This document shows positions 24,690 to 38,920 of a DNA stretch of 64,000 nt, in pieces. The stretch's first letter is position 1, and each line of letters begins with the position of its first letter. The stretch is from Octopus vulgaris. Its lineage: Eukaryota. Position numbers and translations under genes: made by a program. The stretch is taken from positions 17,298,001-17,362,000 of the forward strand of contig OX597817.1 in NCBI GenBank assembly GCA_951406725.2. Direction: 5' to 3'. The notes beneath the pieces were generated by a model. The model was not told where the DNA came from and searched no databases. It saw nothing but the letters and a program-made list of their open reading frames with translations.

Positions 24690-25860
24690 CGCGTAAATAT
24701 TGATATTATGGTTAGCATCATGAATAAAATGAAAAGGGGCTGCCAATATTCATGTAAATATTTAAGATATGAAGTTATTCCCATCATTAAAAGTGAGCAA
24801 TTACCTATACACATGTTTATAATGTGAACAAACTTTCTTAAGAAAACGAAAATCTTTAAGAATGATTGATTGTTTCACAATAAAAAGTAAGTGTTTGGAA
24901 AATGAAATTTAAAAAAAAAATCATTCTACAATTTTAATGAGTTAATTGTAAAACAAAGTACCTAACAAGAAAAAGGACTGGCTGCATCGTAAAAAAAATT
25001 ACATAAGTAATTGCTAAAATGTAGAAAACCATAGTTTTGATGAAACTTTCATCTGACCAGCTGTAAAAGAAGTTACAGATAAGACAAGCTTTAATTAAAG
25101 TAATAACTTATCACTAATTCCTTTGCTGTGATTCGAAAATCATAGAATTTTCATCACAATTTGCTGAGACAACTTTACATGATAACGAATGTTATTAGCC
25201 AAGATGCAATATTCAAATACTGATCAAGAACTTACTGGAGAATTCTGATTTGCTGAACAACTGAAAACTGATACAAAATGTTCTACGATTTATAGAGCAG
25301 CGTTTTTAAAGATAAAAATACAGCTCATACAAATGTTATTGCATGTGCAACTGCAGAAGCACTTACTATGATTAGCCACCATCATAGCTTCATAGTACAC
25401 TTAAAAGAAACAGTTCCAAATATCTTTACGATTCACTGCATTATTCATCGGTAGTAATTACCTGCAAAACATCTCGGTGATGGTCTCTATAAAATATTGC
25501 TTAATGTTATGAAAGAATGAATAAGATAAAAGTTCATCAGTTGAATATTCATATTTTTTTAGAAACAATGCCATGAAAATGAACAAGAATTTCAGAATTT
25601 TTACTACACTGAAGTTTGATGGCTTCTAAAGAAAAAAAACTGCCTTTGTCATTCTTATGATATTTACAATACTATTTCAGAATTTTTAAAGTCGTGTGAT
25701 GAGAAAATGCATAATGAGCAATAAAACCAAAGGACTGTTATTACTTACAAGGAAACAATATAAGCTTTACTAAAATAAAGAGAATTATAAATACTTCCAC
25801 CAGAAAAAATATATTTTACAAAAGCAACATGGCAAGGTATAATTTTCAACAATTTCCATA
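24690..25860 (+). mobile_element. Fossil hAT (Buster/Charlie-like) transposase
   Basis: Degenerate IFTIHCIIHR (~25420-25452) and LLHTEV-WL (~25600-25630) motifs, with stops and frameshifts. Confidence 0.65.
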
Positions 25861-26063
25861 CTCTTTTACTTGTTTCAGTCATTTGACTGCGGCCATGCTG
25901 GAGCACCGCCTTTAATCGAGCAACTCGACCCCTGAACTTATTCTTTTGTAAGCCCAGTACTTATTCTATCAGTCTCTTTTGCCGAACTGCTAAGTAACGG
26001 GGACATAAACACACCAGCATCGGTTGTCAAGCAATGCTGGGGGGACAAACACAGACACACAAA

Positions 26064-26107
<44 letters not shown>

Positions 26108-26272
26108 TACGACGGGCTTCTTTCAGTTTCCGTCTACCAAATCCACTCACAAGGCTTTGGTCGGCCCGAGGCTATAGTAGAAGACACTTGCCCAAGGTGC
26201 CACACAGTGGGACTGAACCCAGAACCATGTGGTTGGTAAACAAGCTACTTACCACACAGCCACTCCTGCGCC
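25860..26272 (-). mobile_element. SINE family A copy
   Basis: Full-length match to family A. Confidence 0.9.
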
Positions 26273-26554
26273 CTGTATACTATGTATACTAATGTTAAAA
26301 AAAAATGATTCTGATTTTACATTCAATAAAAAACTAGAATATTTCCATCTTAGGCACTTAAAGATGATAAGAAACGTAGATTTAACCTTTTAGCATTTAA
26401 ACCAGCCACATCAAACCAAAATCATCTTCCTGTTTTATGTTCAAACCAGCCAGATCCAGCATCTCACACCTGCCTTACAATGTCATTCTAAATATAAATA
26501 ATCATCTTATCAAAATCACAAAGCTGTGAGATAATGCATGATTATATATATGTA

Positions 26555-26605
<51 letters not shown>

Positions 26606-26898
26606 ATGTATGTATGTATGTATGTGTGTATGTGTGTATGTATAACCGAAAGAACAATATGAATATACAAAAAAAACATTAAAACAATGTATTCAAATGT
26701 CACTTTTTAATCAGCAAATAAGTGTACTCAAAGTACTCAATACAGGTAATAGAGAACATAGTACACTTAAATTAATTCTTTTCTCTGGATTCAACATTCA
26801 TGCCTCACAATCACTAAGGCATTATTAGACCTGAGTCGTTAGAAAAGAATTCAATTTATATTTGTGTATATACAGACACACACACACACATATATATG

Positions 26899-26943
<45 letters not shown>

Positions 26944-27267
26944 TATTATTTCCAGTAAACAATGGAATGGAGTCAAGGAAAAGGAGGAAGGGAAGAGAGA
27001 AAAAGAAAGAAACATTCCAAACATTACTGTAAAACACACACTAAAATCTGACAAAAATATAAAAAGGAAAGGTAAGTAGATGTGTAATTAGCAAATAGCT
27101 GAATAGTTACTGGATTGAGCAATAGGTAGACATAGGTAGGAGGACTGGAGAGATTGTTAAAAACTGCCTCTTTCACCAGATAGCCACCACCAGGCCAAGT
27201 AGCCCAAGCCTGTAACAATGAGACTAGTTACTTCTTGTCCATTCAGGACTAGCTTCTTGCAAATCTT

Positions 27268-27273
27268 GTGTGT

Positions 27274-27334
<61 letters not shown>

Positions 27335-27441
27335 TGTGTGAGTGAGTGAGTGAGTGAGTGAGTGAGTGAGTGAGTGAGTGAGTGAGTGAGAGAGAGAGAG
27401 AGAGTGAGTGAGTGAGTGAGAGAGAGAGAGTGAGTGAGTGA

Positions 27442-27492
<51 letters not shown>
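27268..27492. repeat. Compound (GT)n/(GAGT)n/(GA)n microsatellite
   Basis: Direct inspection. Confidence 0.95.
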
Positions 27493-27495
<3 letters not shown>

Positions 27496-27969
27496 ATGGA
27501 ATCCCAGACAGACTAACACAAAGTAGGCTTCATATGTGACAGATTCAACGGAGCAGCATGTACTATGAACACACCAGAAATAGATCCTCTTAAATGTCCG
27601 GATGGCTCACTTGGAAGTAATTGATAGCTTTCTTTTTCTTTCTTTTTTCCCTAGGAAATGTAATTAGCAGGGGAAGTAGTTGCTCTGAAACCATAGTAGT
27701 CAGGGTAAGAACAGGCTGGAAAAAGGTTCATGGAGATTCTACCACAGCTAGTAACAAAGGTCTTTTACTCCATTCATAGTGAAAGGCAGATGGTAACACG
27801 TGTGTTAGAACTACTGTGTTAGAAAGTAAGGCATGGACTCTGAATGCCGAGAATTTGAGAAGAGTAAAAAGAAATGAAGTACGCCCAGCTGGATCTGCAA
27901 TATGTACATGAATGACAAAGTACAGATGTGTTGAGAGACGAAATGGATACAAGGAATCAGATATAGTGT

Positions 27970-28130
27970 GCAAAGGAGTGGCTGTGTGGTAAGTAGCTTG
28001 CTAACCAACCACATGGTTCCGGGTTCAGTCCCACTGCGTGGCATCTTGGGCAAGTGTCTTCTGCTATAGCCCCGGGCCGACCAATGCCTTGTGAGTGGAT
28101 TTGGTAGACGGAAACTGAAAGAAGCCCATC

Positions 28131-28182
<52 letters not shown>

Positions 28183-28384
28183 GTTTGTCCCCCTAGCATT
28201 GCTTGACAACCGATGCTGGTGTGTTTACGTCCCCGTCACTTAGCGGTTCGGCAAAAGAGACCCATAGAATAAGTACTGGGCTGACAAAAGAATAAGTCCC
28301 GGGGTCGATTTGCTTGACTAAAGGCGGTGCTCCAGCATGGCCGCAGTCAAATGACTGAAACAAGTAAAAGAGTAAAGAGTAAAG
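27970..28384 (+). mobile_element. SINE family A copy
   Basis: Full-length match to family A. Confidence 0.9.
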
Positions 28385-29040
28385 AAAAAAGTCTGACTGG
28401 CATGAACAAGTGATGCATATGGATGAGAACGACTATTTAAAGAAGTGCTGCTCAATGTGGATGGAGCTTGGGGAAGTGGAAGACCTAAGAAGACATGGGG
28501 GTGAAGTGATGGAGGCTGGTCTCAAGACTTTGAACCTCATAGAGGAGATGACAAAGGACCAGGATTACAGTGACATGCAGTTCTTGGGAAGATCGACCCC
28601 CTACAGAGAAACAGAGTCTCAATGCATTATGCCTATGTACATACACAACTACCAATCCTGCCCAATTTCCTCAAGACATTCCCACCACTCATCATCCCTC
28701 TAATGGTACTATTCAGATGCTGCAATTAAATGAATAGAACCGCAACTTTCTGCATTTCCTCAATCCCCACTCCTCTTAGTACCCCACCCACTTCTCACCT
28801 TGTATCCTGAGGATCCAACTGACACCTCATTACCAATATTTTTATCTCTTTCTAGTTCTACTCCAACTACTCTGTACACACTGTAAAGTTGTTGCCATCG
28901 GAAAGAGCATCCAGCTGTAGAAACCATGCCAAAGCAGATACTGGAGCACAATGCAGTCCTCAAACCCATCAGATCCTGTCATGCCATCCAGCTCATGCCA
29001 GTATGGAACATGGATGTTAAACGGTAACGATGATTACCAA

Positions 29041-29262
29041 GGCGGCGAGCTGGCAGAAACGTTAGCACGCCGGGCGAAATGCTTAGCGGTATTTCGTCTG
29101 CCGTTACGTTCTGAGTTCAAATTCCGCCGAGGTCGACTTTGCCTTTCATCCTTTCGGGGTCGATAAATTAAGTACCAGTTACGCACTGGGGTCGATGTAA
29201 TACCTATGTCTGTCCTTGTTTGTCCCCTCTGTGTTTAGCCCCTTGTGGGTAATAAAGAAATA
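29041..29262 (+). mobile_element. SINE family B copy
   Basis: Family match; TSD GGTAA(C/T)GATGATTAC at 29023-29037 and 29263-29277. Confidence 0.9.
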
Positions 29263-29689
29263 GGTAATGATGATTACACACACACACACACATCTGCAGG
29301 AATGTTATAGATTTCTTTGGTACAAGGCTATAAATTTATAAGGAGGTGATGAAACAGTCAACTGAATTCACTGGTACTTATATCACATTAATGCTGAAAA
29401 GGGAGAAAAGATAAGAGTTGGCCCCAGAACTTGCTCTCAAAACATAGTAGGAACAATAAATATCTCTAAGTCATTTCATGTTCTACACAACAATTTCAAA
29501 CACTCCATTCCTTCTCTTTGCTGCAATAATGATTTCTGCCAAAGAGTCTGGACCAGTTTAGTAAGAGGATGCAATATTGACAACCTTATTATATTTCTAT
29601 TATGTATTTCAACTGAGAAGGTCAATGCAGTATGAGATGTTAAAAGCCACCCTGAAATATACAGCATGCTATTTTGGCATCAGCCATTA

Positions 29690-30533
29690 TAATAATTGTT
29701 TCAGCTTTAGGAATGAGACAAATAACTTTGAGGTTGTTGATTAGATAAACTTCAGTACTACACTGGTATTTTATTTTATTGACTCCAGAGGAATGAAAAG
29801 CAAAGTTGACTTCAGCAGGATTAAAATTCAGAATGAGTCAGAACAAACACAGCAACGCATTTTTTTTTAACACATTAATGATTCAGCCAGTTTGCTGACC
29901 TAATATTGGTTTCAAATTTTGGCACAAGGCCAGCAATTTCAGGGGAGAGAATAAGTAAATTACATCAACCTTAATGCTCAACTGGTACTTATTTTATTGA
30001 CCTTGAAAGGATGAAAGGCAAAGTTGACCTTGGCAGAATTTGAACTTAGAATGCAAAGAGCCAGAAGAAATGCAGCTAAACAATTTGTCCAATGTGCTAA
30101 CAATTCTACCAGCTTGCCACCTTAATAATAATAATAATCCTTTCTACTTTAGGCACAAGGCCTGAAATTTGGGGAGAAGGAACTAGCAAATTACATTGAC
30201 CCCAGTGTTTCACTGGTACTTCATTTATCAACCCCAAAAGGATGAAAGGCAAAGTCAACCTCAGTGGAATATGAACTCAGAACGTAGCAGCAGGCAAAAT
30301 ATTTATTTTTTTTTACTACACACAAGGGGCTAAACACAGAGGAGACAAATAAGGACAGACGGATTAAGTCGATTACATCGACCCCAGTGCGTAACTGGCA
30401 CTTTATTTATCGACCCTGAAAAGATGAAAGGCAAAGTCGACCTCGGCGGAATTTGAACTCAGAATGTAACGGCAGACGAAATACCGCTAAGCATTTCGCC
30501 CGGCGTGCTAATGATTCTGCCAGCTCGTCACCT
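29690..30533 (-). mobile_element. Cluster of family-B SINE copies of different ages
   Basis: Repeated TACTT...ATCGACCCCGAAAGGATGAAAGGCAAAGTCGACC-like segments. Confidence 0.8.
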
Positions 30534-33311
30534 TATTTAATAATAATAATAATAAAAATGTCAATGGTATGTTCACTATAAATATTGATTTCTTACATTG
30601 TACAGAACCATTATCAATCCAATGGATTATTAGAGAAAACAGGTACAGCTAAACAACAATCCTAATGATTTCATTTACTTGCCACAGGGGCAACATTATA
30701 AAAGTTGGTTACAAAAATAGTAAAGGTTTACAAAGAATTAAGAAAAAAAATAACCAAGCATGGAAAAACAGTGTACAAAATTAACTGAGTCATTTCAGTG
30801 GGATGAGAGCCACCTAAAGCCAATCGAAGAACCTCATAAGAAAAGGTTGTCTAAAGTGCCTGTCTTTAGTCCTCTTGTTCTATCCACAATAGTCTCTTTT
30901 CTCATGACCACAAAGCAGAAGAAAATAACCTTCTTTCTCAGCCAAAAGAAGACAGCAAGCAGTCCTCTGGATGGACTTAGCTGAAAGTTCCTTCGATTCT
31001 AAATGCAAGACTATCTATTCAAAATAACTCCTTATGTTAGCAATGCACAAATGCATTCAGAATGGTTTTATCACCTTATCTCCATCTCAGACTCAGCTAA
31101 TGATACAACATTACTTGTAGATTTTTATCCCAACTGGCAATGCTCCCTTGGATTTCTGGAAGCTGTCCATAACCCCTTGCCTATGAACAGCTTCTAGTAT
31201 CAGCTATTTAGTTAATTTTTGTTGATGTCCAGACTATAAGAATATTGATGCTCTTGCCTGCCACTAATTGTGTACAGAATGCACAGTTGAAACAATACCA
31301 ACCACACTGGCAAAGCAATAGAGAGTTGTGAGTGCGTGAAACATTCCAGGAGCCAGGCACAAATTCTTTGTCATTGCTTGACCAAGAGCAACAGATAAGA
31401 TATGGAGGAAAGGGACTCAGGATACATGACAATTCCCTCAGTTTATCCATTTTCTAACTGATACTCAGAGATCAAGCCCCCATGCCAAAAAATAAAAATA
31501 ACATCTTGGTAAATGTTCTAAAGTAGCTCCTTTACTGTCTAATTGTTTTGGATTCAAGCTTCATTAAAGTTAATTTGACATTTCATTTGACCAGAAATTT
31601 ATGGTATCAAAAGACAAAGGAGTTGACTGAACCAACTGTATCACCATGGCATAATTATGTAAAGAAAACCCTTACTGGTGAATCTTAGGGTATGTCCTCA
31701 AGGAGAGGATTTGATTTGAGGTTTCTATGTATCCTGATCTTCCTTGAATACTTTTCCTTTATCATTATTGGTGCTGGCCTGGCTGGCTCTTGTGGTATCA
31801 CCCCACCCATGCTACTACGGAACACGGACATCAAATGATGATGATGATACTAAGTACAAATGCTTTACAATATTTCATTTCAGTTTCCACTGTTTTGAAT
31901 TCAAATCCCATCACAGTACATGCTGCACCCTTACTCCTAGGATTGATAAAATAATCAAGACATATGCTAGAGCTGATTGAATCACTGCACCCTTCATCAT
32001 TGGTTTTATAGCTTCATTTTCCATACTGGTAAAAGTTTACAAGACTTATTGAGACAGTATTCTATGGCCAGACATTGTTCCTATTGCCTACCATTACATG
32101 ATTTTTCAACTAAGGTATATTTTATTCTGCCAACCATTTCACATCAGAACCACTGAACTGATGAGACATGGGACACATTGTTAACAGGAACCATAAACAA
32201 TTGCAATGTTGTACAAAGTCAATGTGAAGACATCTAAGAACAACAGTCACATAACACAAATATACAGTGTGTGTGTGGAGTTTCTATCTACCAAATTTTA
32301 CTCACAAGGCATTGGTCAGCCCAAGGCAACAAAGAAGACATTTTTATCTAATGTGGCATACAATGGGATAGAACATTAAACTACTTGGTTGAAAAGTGAA
32401 CTTTGCAACTACATTGTCAAGCCTGTGTCTTTCCCATCAAATGTTCACCATTGTACCAATGTCACAGTGTTTCATCATTCAGGGGTTGATAAATTAAGTA
32501 CTGGTCAAATAGTAGTGTTAATTTAATCAGCTATACCTTCCCCACAAAAGCATAACTTTGTATCTAAGTTAAAAATTTAGATGCGTTATTAAAAGTAATA
32601 ACAGTATTAAATTAACTGTAAGCTTAACGAGATAGCTGCTTTTTATTACATAACACGCAATAAATAACATCATTTATTTTGTCTTAAACTGAAAAATCTT
32701 CCTCACAATCAAAAAAATATATTGTTAATTTAGGCAGTGAATTGGCAAAGTCATTAGAGCACTGGACAAAATGTTTTGTGGAATTTGTTCTGATTCTATG
32801 CATTCTTAGTTCAAATCCTGCCAACTTCAACTTTACCGTTTATGATTTTGGGGTCAATAAAGAAAATTACCAACCCAAAGCAGTAAATCAGCAGAACTAA
32901 AAGGACATCAAATCAGGGATACCTTGCAGTATTTGTTCTGGTTCATGGCATTCATCATCATCATTTAACATTTGTTTTCCATGCTGGCATGGGTTGGATG
33001 GTTACACAGGAGCTGGCAAACCAGATGACTGTGCCAAGCTCTACTACTGTCTGCTTCAACAAGGCTTCAACAGCTGAATGCTTTTCCTAACACCAACCAT
33101 TTTAAAGTGTACTGGGTGCTGGTCATGTGGCACCAGCTCCAGTGAGGTTGCCAAATAACTTGCAAGACAAAACTCCTTAACTGAGAGGGGAGTAGATTTG
33201 AAGTGGGGTATCTTTGTGCCAGGTGATGAGAGGCTAGAGTATAACAGAGAGATAGAAACATGTCTTGCAGTAGAGGAGATACATGGCTACTCCAGTTGAA
33301 AAGAGAGAGGG

Positions 33312-33362
<51 letters not shown>

Positions 33363-35214
33363 AAAAGACGAAGAAGGTGTCAGGCGATACACTTAAGCGA
33401 GGGGGGTGAGTTCAGATATCAACAAAGGGTATAGATTGGCTCTTGGAGGTCCTTTAAACAGGTCAAAGACTCTGCCTTCCCGCCTGACTAAAAAAAATAT
33501 ATACAATTATAAAATTCAGCGTAAAATTTGAGAGGGTTGTCAACTGATGGAACAAAAGAAAGGAATTCATTTCTTTTTTTTCTTTCGAGTTGAATATTCA
33601 CGTTTCTTTCGTACACAACCACAAAGTCTTTCCTTTTACGAGAGGTAAGTTTTTAGCGAGACAGCAGTTACAAATTGACGGATGAAAACCCACAAACATT
33701 CCAAAAGAAACCACCTACACACACTAACAGTACACAGCGAGCGCCGCCAGCATTGAAATTAAACGCAAATTCCTTTCTTTTCCTGTTGTTCCGAATTTCG
33801 TGTTTGGTGACATAATCAACCAGAATAAAACCTAGATCGTACGGGGAACTTTTCATTCCTACCCGGGGTAACATGTTTCGGAGACATTTTTTTAACAATA
33901 TCTGCTACTGACTACTGTGTGAACACCACACCCTAGAAAACTATTTCTGATGACATTTTGAGGCTGTGAAAGTGTTTGTCAAAGTAGTAGCGAATGTAAG
34001 AGTTTTGTTTAAAGAGGTTGGAAAAAAACTTGACATCTCATTCAACGGCACAGACAACAATGTAAGCGTCTGTGAAAGTTCATGTTTATTTATGAGTGTG
34101 CATGAGAAAGGTAAGGGATAAAATGAAAGCATGTGCGTGTGTGTGTGTGCTTATATACTAATTTAAATACGTAATAAAGATATGTAACTATGTGAGAATG
34201 TTTGTATAAATAGACAAATAGAGACAGACTGATCGATATATACACACACACACACTAACTACATCTGAGGAAAGTAGGCGCGCATATCTGCGCCTACGAA
34301 ACTTTAAGCATTTATGGAGCTGAGTCAACCTGTTATTAAATACAACTTGGACTAAATGTGTTGACTGCTATCTTCTTTCCTTTTTCCCATCTACTACTGT
34401 ATTTGTGCGCGTGCATGTGTGTACTATGTGTGTACATATACACACACACACACAGAGATACAACGCATAAACCCACTCATACCAAATACTGATTGGCGAT
34501 GTATGAACAATGAAAACAGAAACAAGATATAATTTAGAAGAAAAAAAAACAAAAAGAAACTAATTGTGTAATACTAAATAAAGACGATTATACGATTTTA
34601 TCCCCTTATTTATTTGCGTCGTTAGCGACATTGGATTATTTAGGGATCAATAGTTGTCTTACTCATGATGATGAGGCTGGGTGGTGACACAGATCGATGA
34701 TCAGTGTGTACGCAGAGGAAGAAATTATTATAAAATTAATCATCATCAAAGATTTTTCTTTTTTTTTGTTTTAACATCGAGCTTCGTTCGTGAAGACACC
34801 CGAGAATTATACACACTAGAATTATATACTGAATCAATCATTACATATCATATATACGAGCTTAATTAAACTTTAGCTTGAAACTACATAAATACCCACC
34901 CGAAAATATAAAACTCATTATTGTACGTTTGCTGCTTTCTGGCGGCAAAGGAAGAAATAATAATAATAATAACAATAAACAATAATTTCATTATCGTTAT
35001 TACAATTGTTGTTAGTGAAACCGTTTTATATACGCTGCAAATGCCCTTGGGAAAGGCATGAACGTCATGAAATTTCTTCCTTTACAGTTTTAATGAATTT
35101 AAAGCGTCTTGTCATGTTCGATATAATAAAAAAATTATAGGGAAAAATTATTTTCTTAACTTCACGTTGCATAACATATACATATATACATACATATATA
35201 TATATATATATAGG

Positions 35215-35357
35215 TATGTATGTATACACAACCTTTTCGTGTGTGTATATATATATATATATATAGGTATGTGTGTATACACAACCTTTTCGTGTGTGTA
35301 TTATATACACATATATATAGTTATGTGTGTATACACAACCTTTTCGTGTGTGTGTGT

Positions 35358-35388
<31 letters not shown>

Positions 35389-35434
35389 ACACAACCTTTT
35401 CGTGTGTGTATATATATATACACACAACCTTTTC

Positions 35435-35481
<47 letters not shown>

Positions 35482-35546
35482 CACACACACAACCTTTTCG
35501 TGTGTATATATATATATATAGGTATGTGTGTATACACAACCTTTTC

Positions 35547-35590
<44 letters not shown>
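35215..35590. repeat. Minisatellite: 7 copies of (T)ACACAACCTTTTCGTGTGT within (TA)n
   Basis: ACCTTTTCG core at about 35231, 35284, 35338, 35394, 35427, 35492 and 35539. Confidence 0.9.
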
Positions 35591-35592
<2 letters not shown>

Positions 35593-36480
35593 ATGACTAC
35601 TGTTCATTTTTTTTTTTTTTTTGGTCTTACCTTTAACACACAACTCACGAATGTATATATTATACGTTTCACAAATGAAGTTAAAATTTCAGTAAAAACA
35701 AATAATAATAATAATGATTTATAGATAAACCCGTTGTTTATAGTTTCAAATGCTTAATTAATTTCTTCCAATGTTTGTTTCAGTAGCAATTGATATACCC
35801 CACCACATTTATCCTAATTTTTCTTTCGATAATCATTAAAGTTATTTACCAAGATTTCATATTTTGTACAGTAGTGGAATGGGTTTTTTTCGATGCACAA
35901 CAATTATAATATAATTTAATAAAACTAGGAAGAAAACAAAATTATTTTGAATCAGATATAATTAAATAAAAGGGTGGCTTCTTTTAGTCTGATATACTGC
36001 GCTCTATAGAAAATATATATATTGTTTGTGGTCGACATTTCAAACTTTTGTTTCATTATAACATTTAGAAGTTAATAAAACTACAGGCTTGTGGAGAATG
36101 TATGTTTAAACAGTATTTTATTCAATCCACTTCGGTGAAGATATAAACATTTAAAAGTTTCTCAACCACTTGCTGACAAGAAATCCTCTCCTTTAGTAGT
36201 TTGCCCACTTAACACGTCATTTCAAGTGTTGCCAAAAAGGAAGGAATGACACGTTGGTGGATTCCCTGCTGTCTTTTGTGGTAAAAGTAGAAGAAATAAA
36301 AAACCAGCAACAATAAATAAACTGACAACCTCACGAATCTGTTTGTGTGTGTGTGTCTGTGTGTGTATGTATGTATGAAAGATGGGGATGACATAAAACA
36401 AATTTTTTTTTTACACGTGGCTTTGTGATTATTGAATCGGAATAAATACGAAATATATTTTTGAATTAAAACAAACTTAC

Positions 36481-36561
36481 TTTTGCTTTTGTTCTGACCA
36501 GCCTTTTCTGGGCTTTAGCTAGAATCCCAGCCCCACCTTTGGAGTGATGAGACTCTGCCAT
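36481..36561 (-). CDS. Amph: First coding exon of an amphiphysin/BIN1-family N-BAR protein (H0 amphipathic helix)
   Basis: aacATGG start; translates MAESHHSKGGAGILAKAQKRLVRTKAK, then a phase-0 GTAAGT donor. Resembles human BIN1 exon 1 ([28 protein letters not shown]) in sequence, length and splice position. Exon 2 was not found in the window. Confidence 0.78.
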
Positions 36562-36859
36562 GTTAAGATCCAATTATTGACAAGTCGAAAATGCCAAGTG
36601 TTACGCGTTCACCAAAACGACAGAATTAATCCAACCGAAGAGAGATGACTGAAAGCGGGAGGGAGAGAAGAAAAGTAAAAGCATCAGATGATTTATCACG
36701 AAGGCAACTGGTTGCTGTGCGAAAGATCTTGAAATATAATAATAATAATAAACAGTAAATAGAGCAGTTTTTGCTGTTTTTTTAAAACAACAATAATCTC
36801 CCTCCCGACAGTTTTTAGCGAAGATAACCAATTACAATTTTATCTTGCAAACAGTAGCG

Positions 36860-37035
36860 ATAATTCAGTGGGCCGCAAGCCAAGTGACGAGTGATATTTT
36901 TCAGTCAATGCATGAGAAATGACTAGCCATATGCAGCAGCCATCTGAAAGCACCTGTGCCAGCGGACGAGTGATTTAACCACGAAAAACATTACACGTGA
37001 CCTCATCTTCCGGTTGCACGAAACCGGGTGATTAG
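36860..37035. promoter_or_regulatory. Probable bidirectional promoter
   Basis: TE-free, locally CpG-richer; E-box CACGTGAC (36994), ETS CTTCCGG (37007), YY1-like GCCATCT; lies between Amph exon 1 (minus) and a plus-strand AAG|GTAAGC donor at 37258/37259. Confidence 0.55.
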
Positions 37036-37899
37036 AATAAGGTGATCAGATAGAATGCAGTTAGTTACAACGCAACAAAATAACGGAATTGTAGATGCTT
37101 TAATAACAGTTTGTTGCGAACAATTAAATTTGAGTGTGTGTATGTGTCGGTTGTCTTCACCTGTTTCACGCAGAGCTTTCTTTCTCTGTCACTAAAATAG
37201 AACTATAACATTCACATCAGCGATCACCAAGTTTTGCTATTCACTTTAGCAAAGCAAGGTAAGCAGCTACATGAGAAGAAACGGTAGAGCTTAATGCGTT
37301 TAGTTTGCGTCTCTTAATCCGTGTTCCAATCCCACTTGAAATTTGTGATCTCCCTGCAAAATGTAAGAGATAACATGACTTGCTTTTTATTTCTTACATA
37401 GAATTTTCCTAATCAAAGTAAAAAAAAAAAAAAAGAAGTAATACCCGAACCCCCCAAAGTCTTCTTAAATCAATTGGGAAGGTGTGTAAAGACAATTAGA
37501 AAAGGTTTATAAAGTTAGTTTTTCAGTTTGAATATTAAAAGTCAATAGTTGTGGGAAAGAGAATTGCATTGGAATGCAGTTGGGAGGAGGAAAATGCTTG
37601 ACCCAGAGAAAAGATAAGTGAAACAGAAAGAGGGCAAAAGAAATAAGGGAGAGAGATAGTTGTTGTTCTATAGTTCCAGCTCAGCAAGCAGATCTGTAGC
37701 ATGTAGGTAGTTGGTCAAATGACTTTATGCATTCCACGGATCCATAGTTCCAAATATATGATCCTTGGTTGCACATTAATGGCACATTGGGCCCCTCCTA
37801 ACTTTACACATCTCATTGACTATAACACCTCCCTATATCTAGACATCAGCAATATAGTGAATCACTATTACATGAACTTTCATTCCTGTTCCACATACC

Positions 37900-38083
37900 T
37901 ATTTCTTTATTACCCACAAGGGGCTAAACACAGAGGGGACAAACAAGGACAGAGATAGGTATTAAGTCGATTACATCGACCCCCAGTGCGTAACTGGTAC
38001 TTAATTTATCGACCCAGAAAGGATGAAAAGCAAAGTCGACTTCAGGGGCCGGCCCAGCTTGCTAATGATTCTGCCAGCTCCCC
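37900..38083 (-). mobile_element. SINE family B copy (internally deleted)
   Basis: Family match; TSD TCCACATACC at 37890-37899 and 38084-38093. Confidence 0.85.
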
Positions 38084-38504
38084 TCCACATACCATCAACT
38101 CTACAGTGCTGGTAGCTCTACTCTCTCTCTCTCTCTCTCAGCCTTTTTGCTACTCCTCCCATTCCAGCTATCCATCAGATTTGGGGTCACTAAAGAGGTT
38201 GTACAATGCTTCCCCTTACCCAACCTAGACTTCCATTGTACCTCAACTCAATTGATAGCACAATAGCCACCAACAGCTAAAAACTGTCTCCTAGTGCATC
38301 CCAGTTAGTGATGGCTCAAAGTTCTGTTTTGTTATATACATTCCCATTGTAGCCACTTCTGCAAGACCTCATGTTTTGTTTTACATTAACATCCAAGCAC
38401 TGGTCACTAAATCTCTGATGGTTTAACTACTTTTTTCTGGTCACACCCACATCCAGCTGTTCTATTCATTTAACCCTTCCTATTTTACTATAAGCCATAA
38501 ACAC

Positions 38505-38920
38505 CTCTCTCTCTTTTACTCTTTTACTTGTTTCAGTCCTTTGACTGCGGCCATGCTGGAGCACCACCTTTAGTTGAGCAAATCGACCCCGAGACTTATT
38601 CTTTTGTAAGCCCAGTACTTATTCTATCGGTCTCTTTTGTCGAACCGCTAAGTGACGGGGACGTAAACACACCAGCATCGGTTGTCAAGCAATACTAGGG
38701 GGACAAACACAGACACACAAACATATACACACACACTTATATATATATACATATATACAACGGGCTTCTTTCAGTTTCCGTCTACCAAATCCACTCACAA
38801 AGCATTGGTCGGCCCGGGGCTATAGCAGAAGACACTTGCCCAAGATGCCACGCAGTGGGACTGAACCCAGAACCATGTGGTTGGTTAGCAAGCTACTTAC
38901 CACACTGCCACTCCTGCGCC
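38505..38920 (-). mobile_element. SINE family A copy
   Basis: Full-length match to family A. Confidence 0.9.

Noticed and set aside
33947-33980. CTGATGA...GAAA hammerhead-like string
   Set aside because: No credible stem II or stem I/III pairing.
35215-35590. CRISPR-like repeat/spacer look
   Set aside because: Spacers are (TA)/(TG) microsatellite, no cas genes, eukaryotic context.
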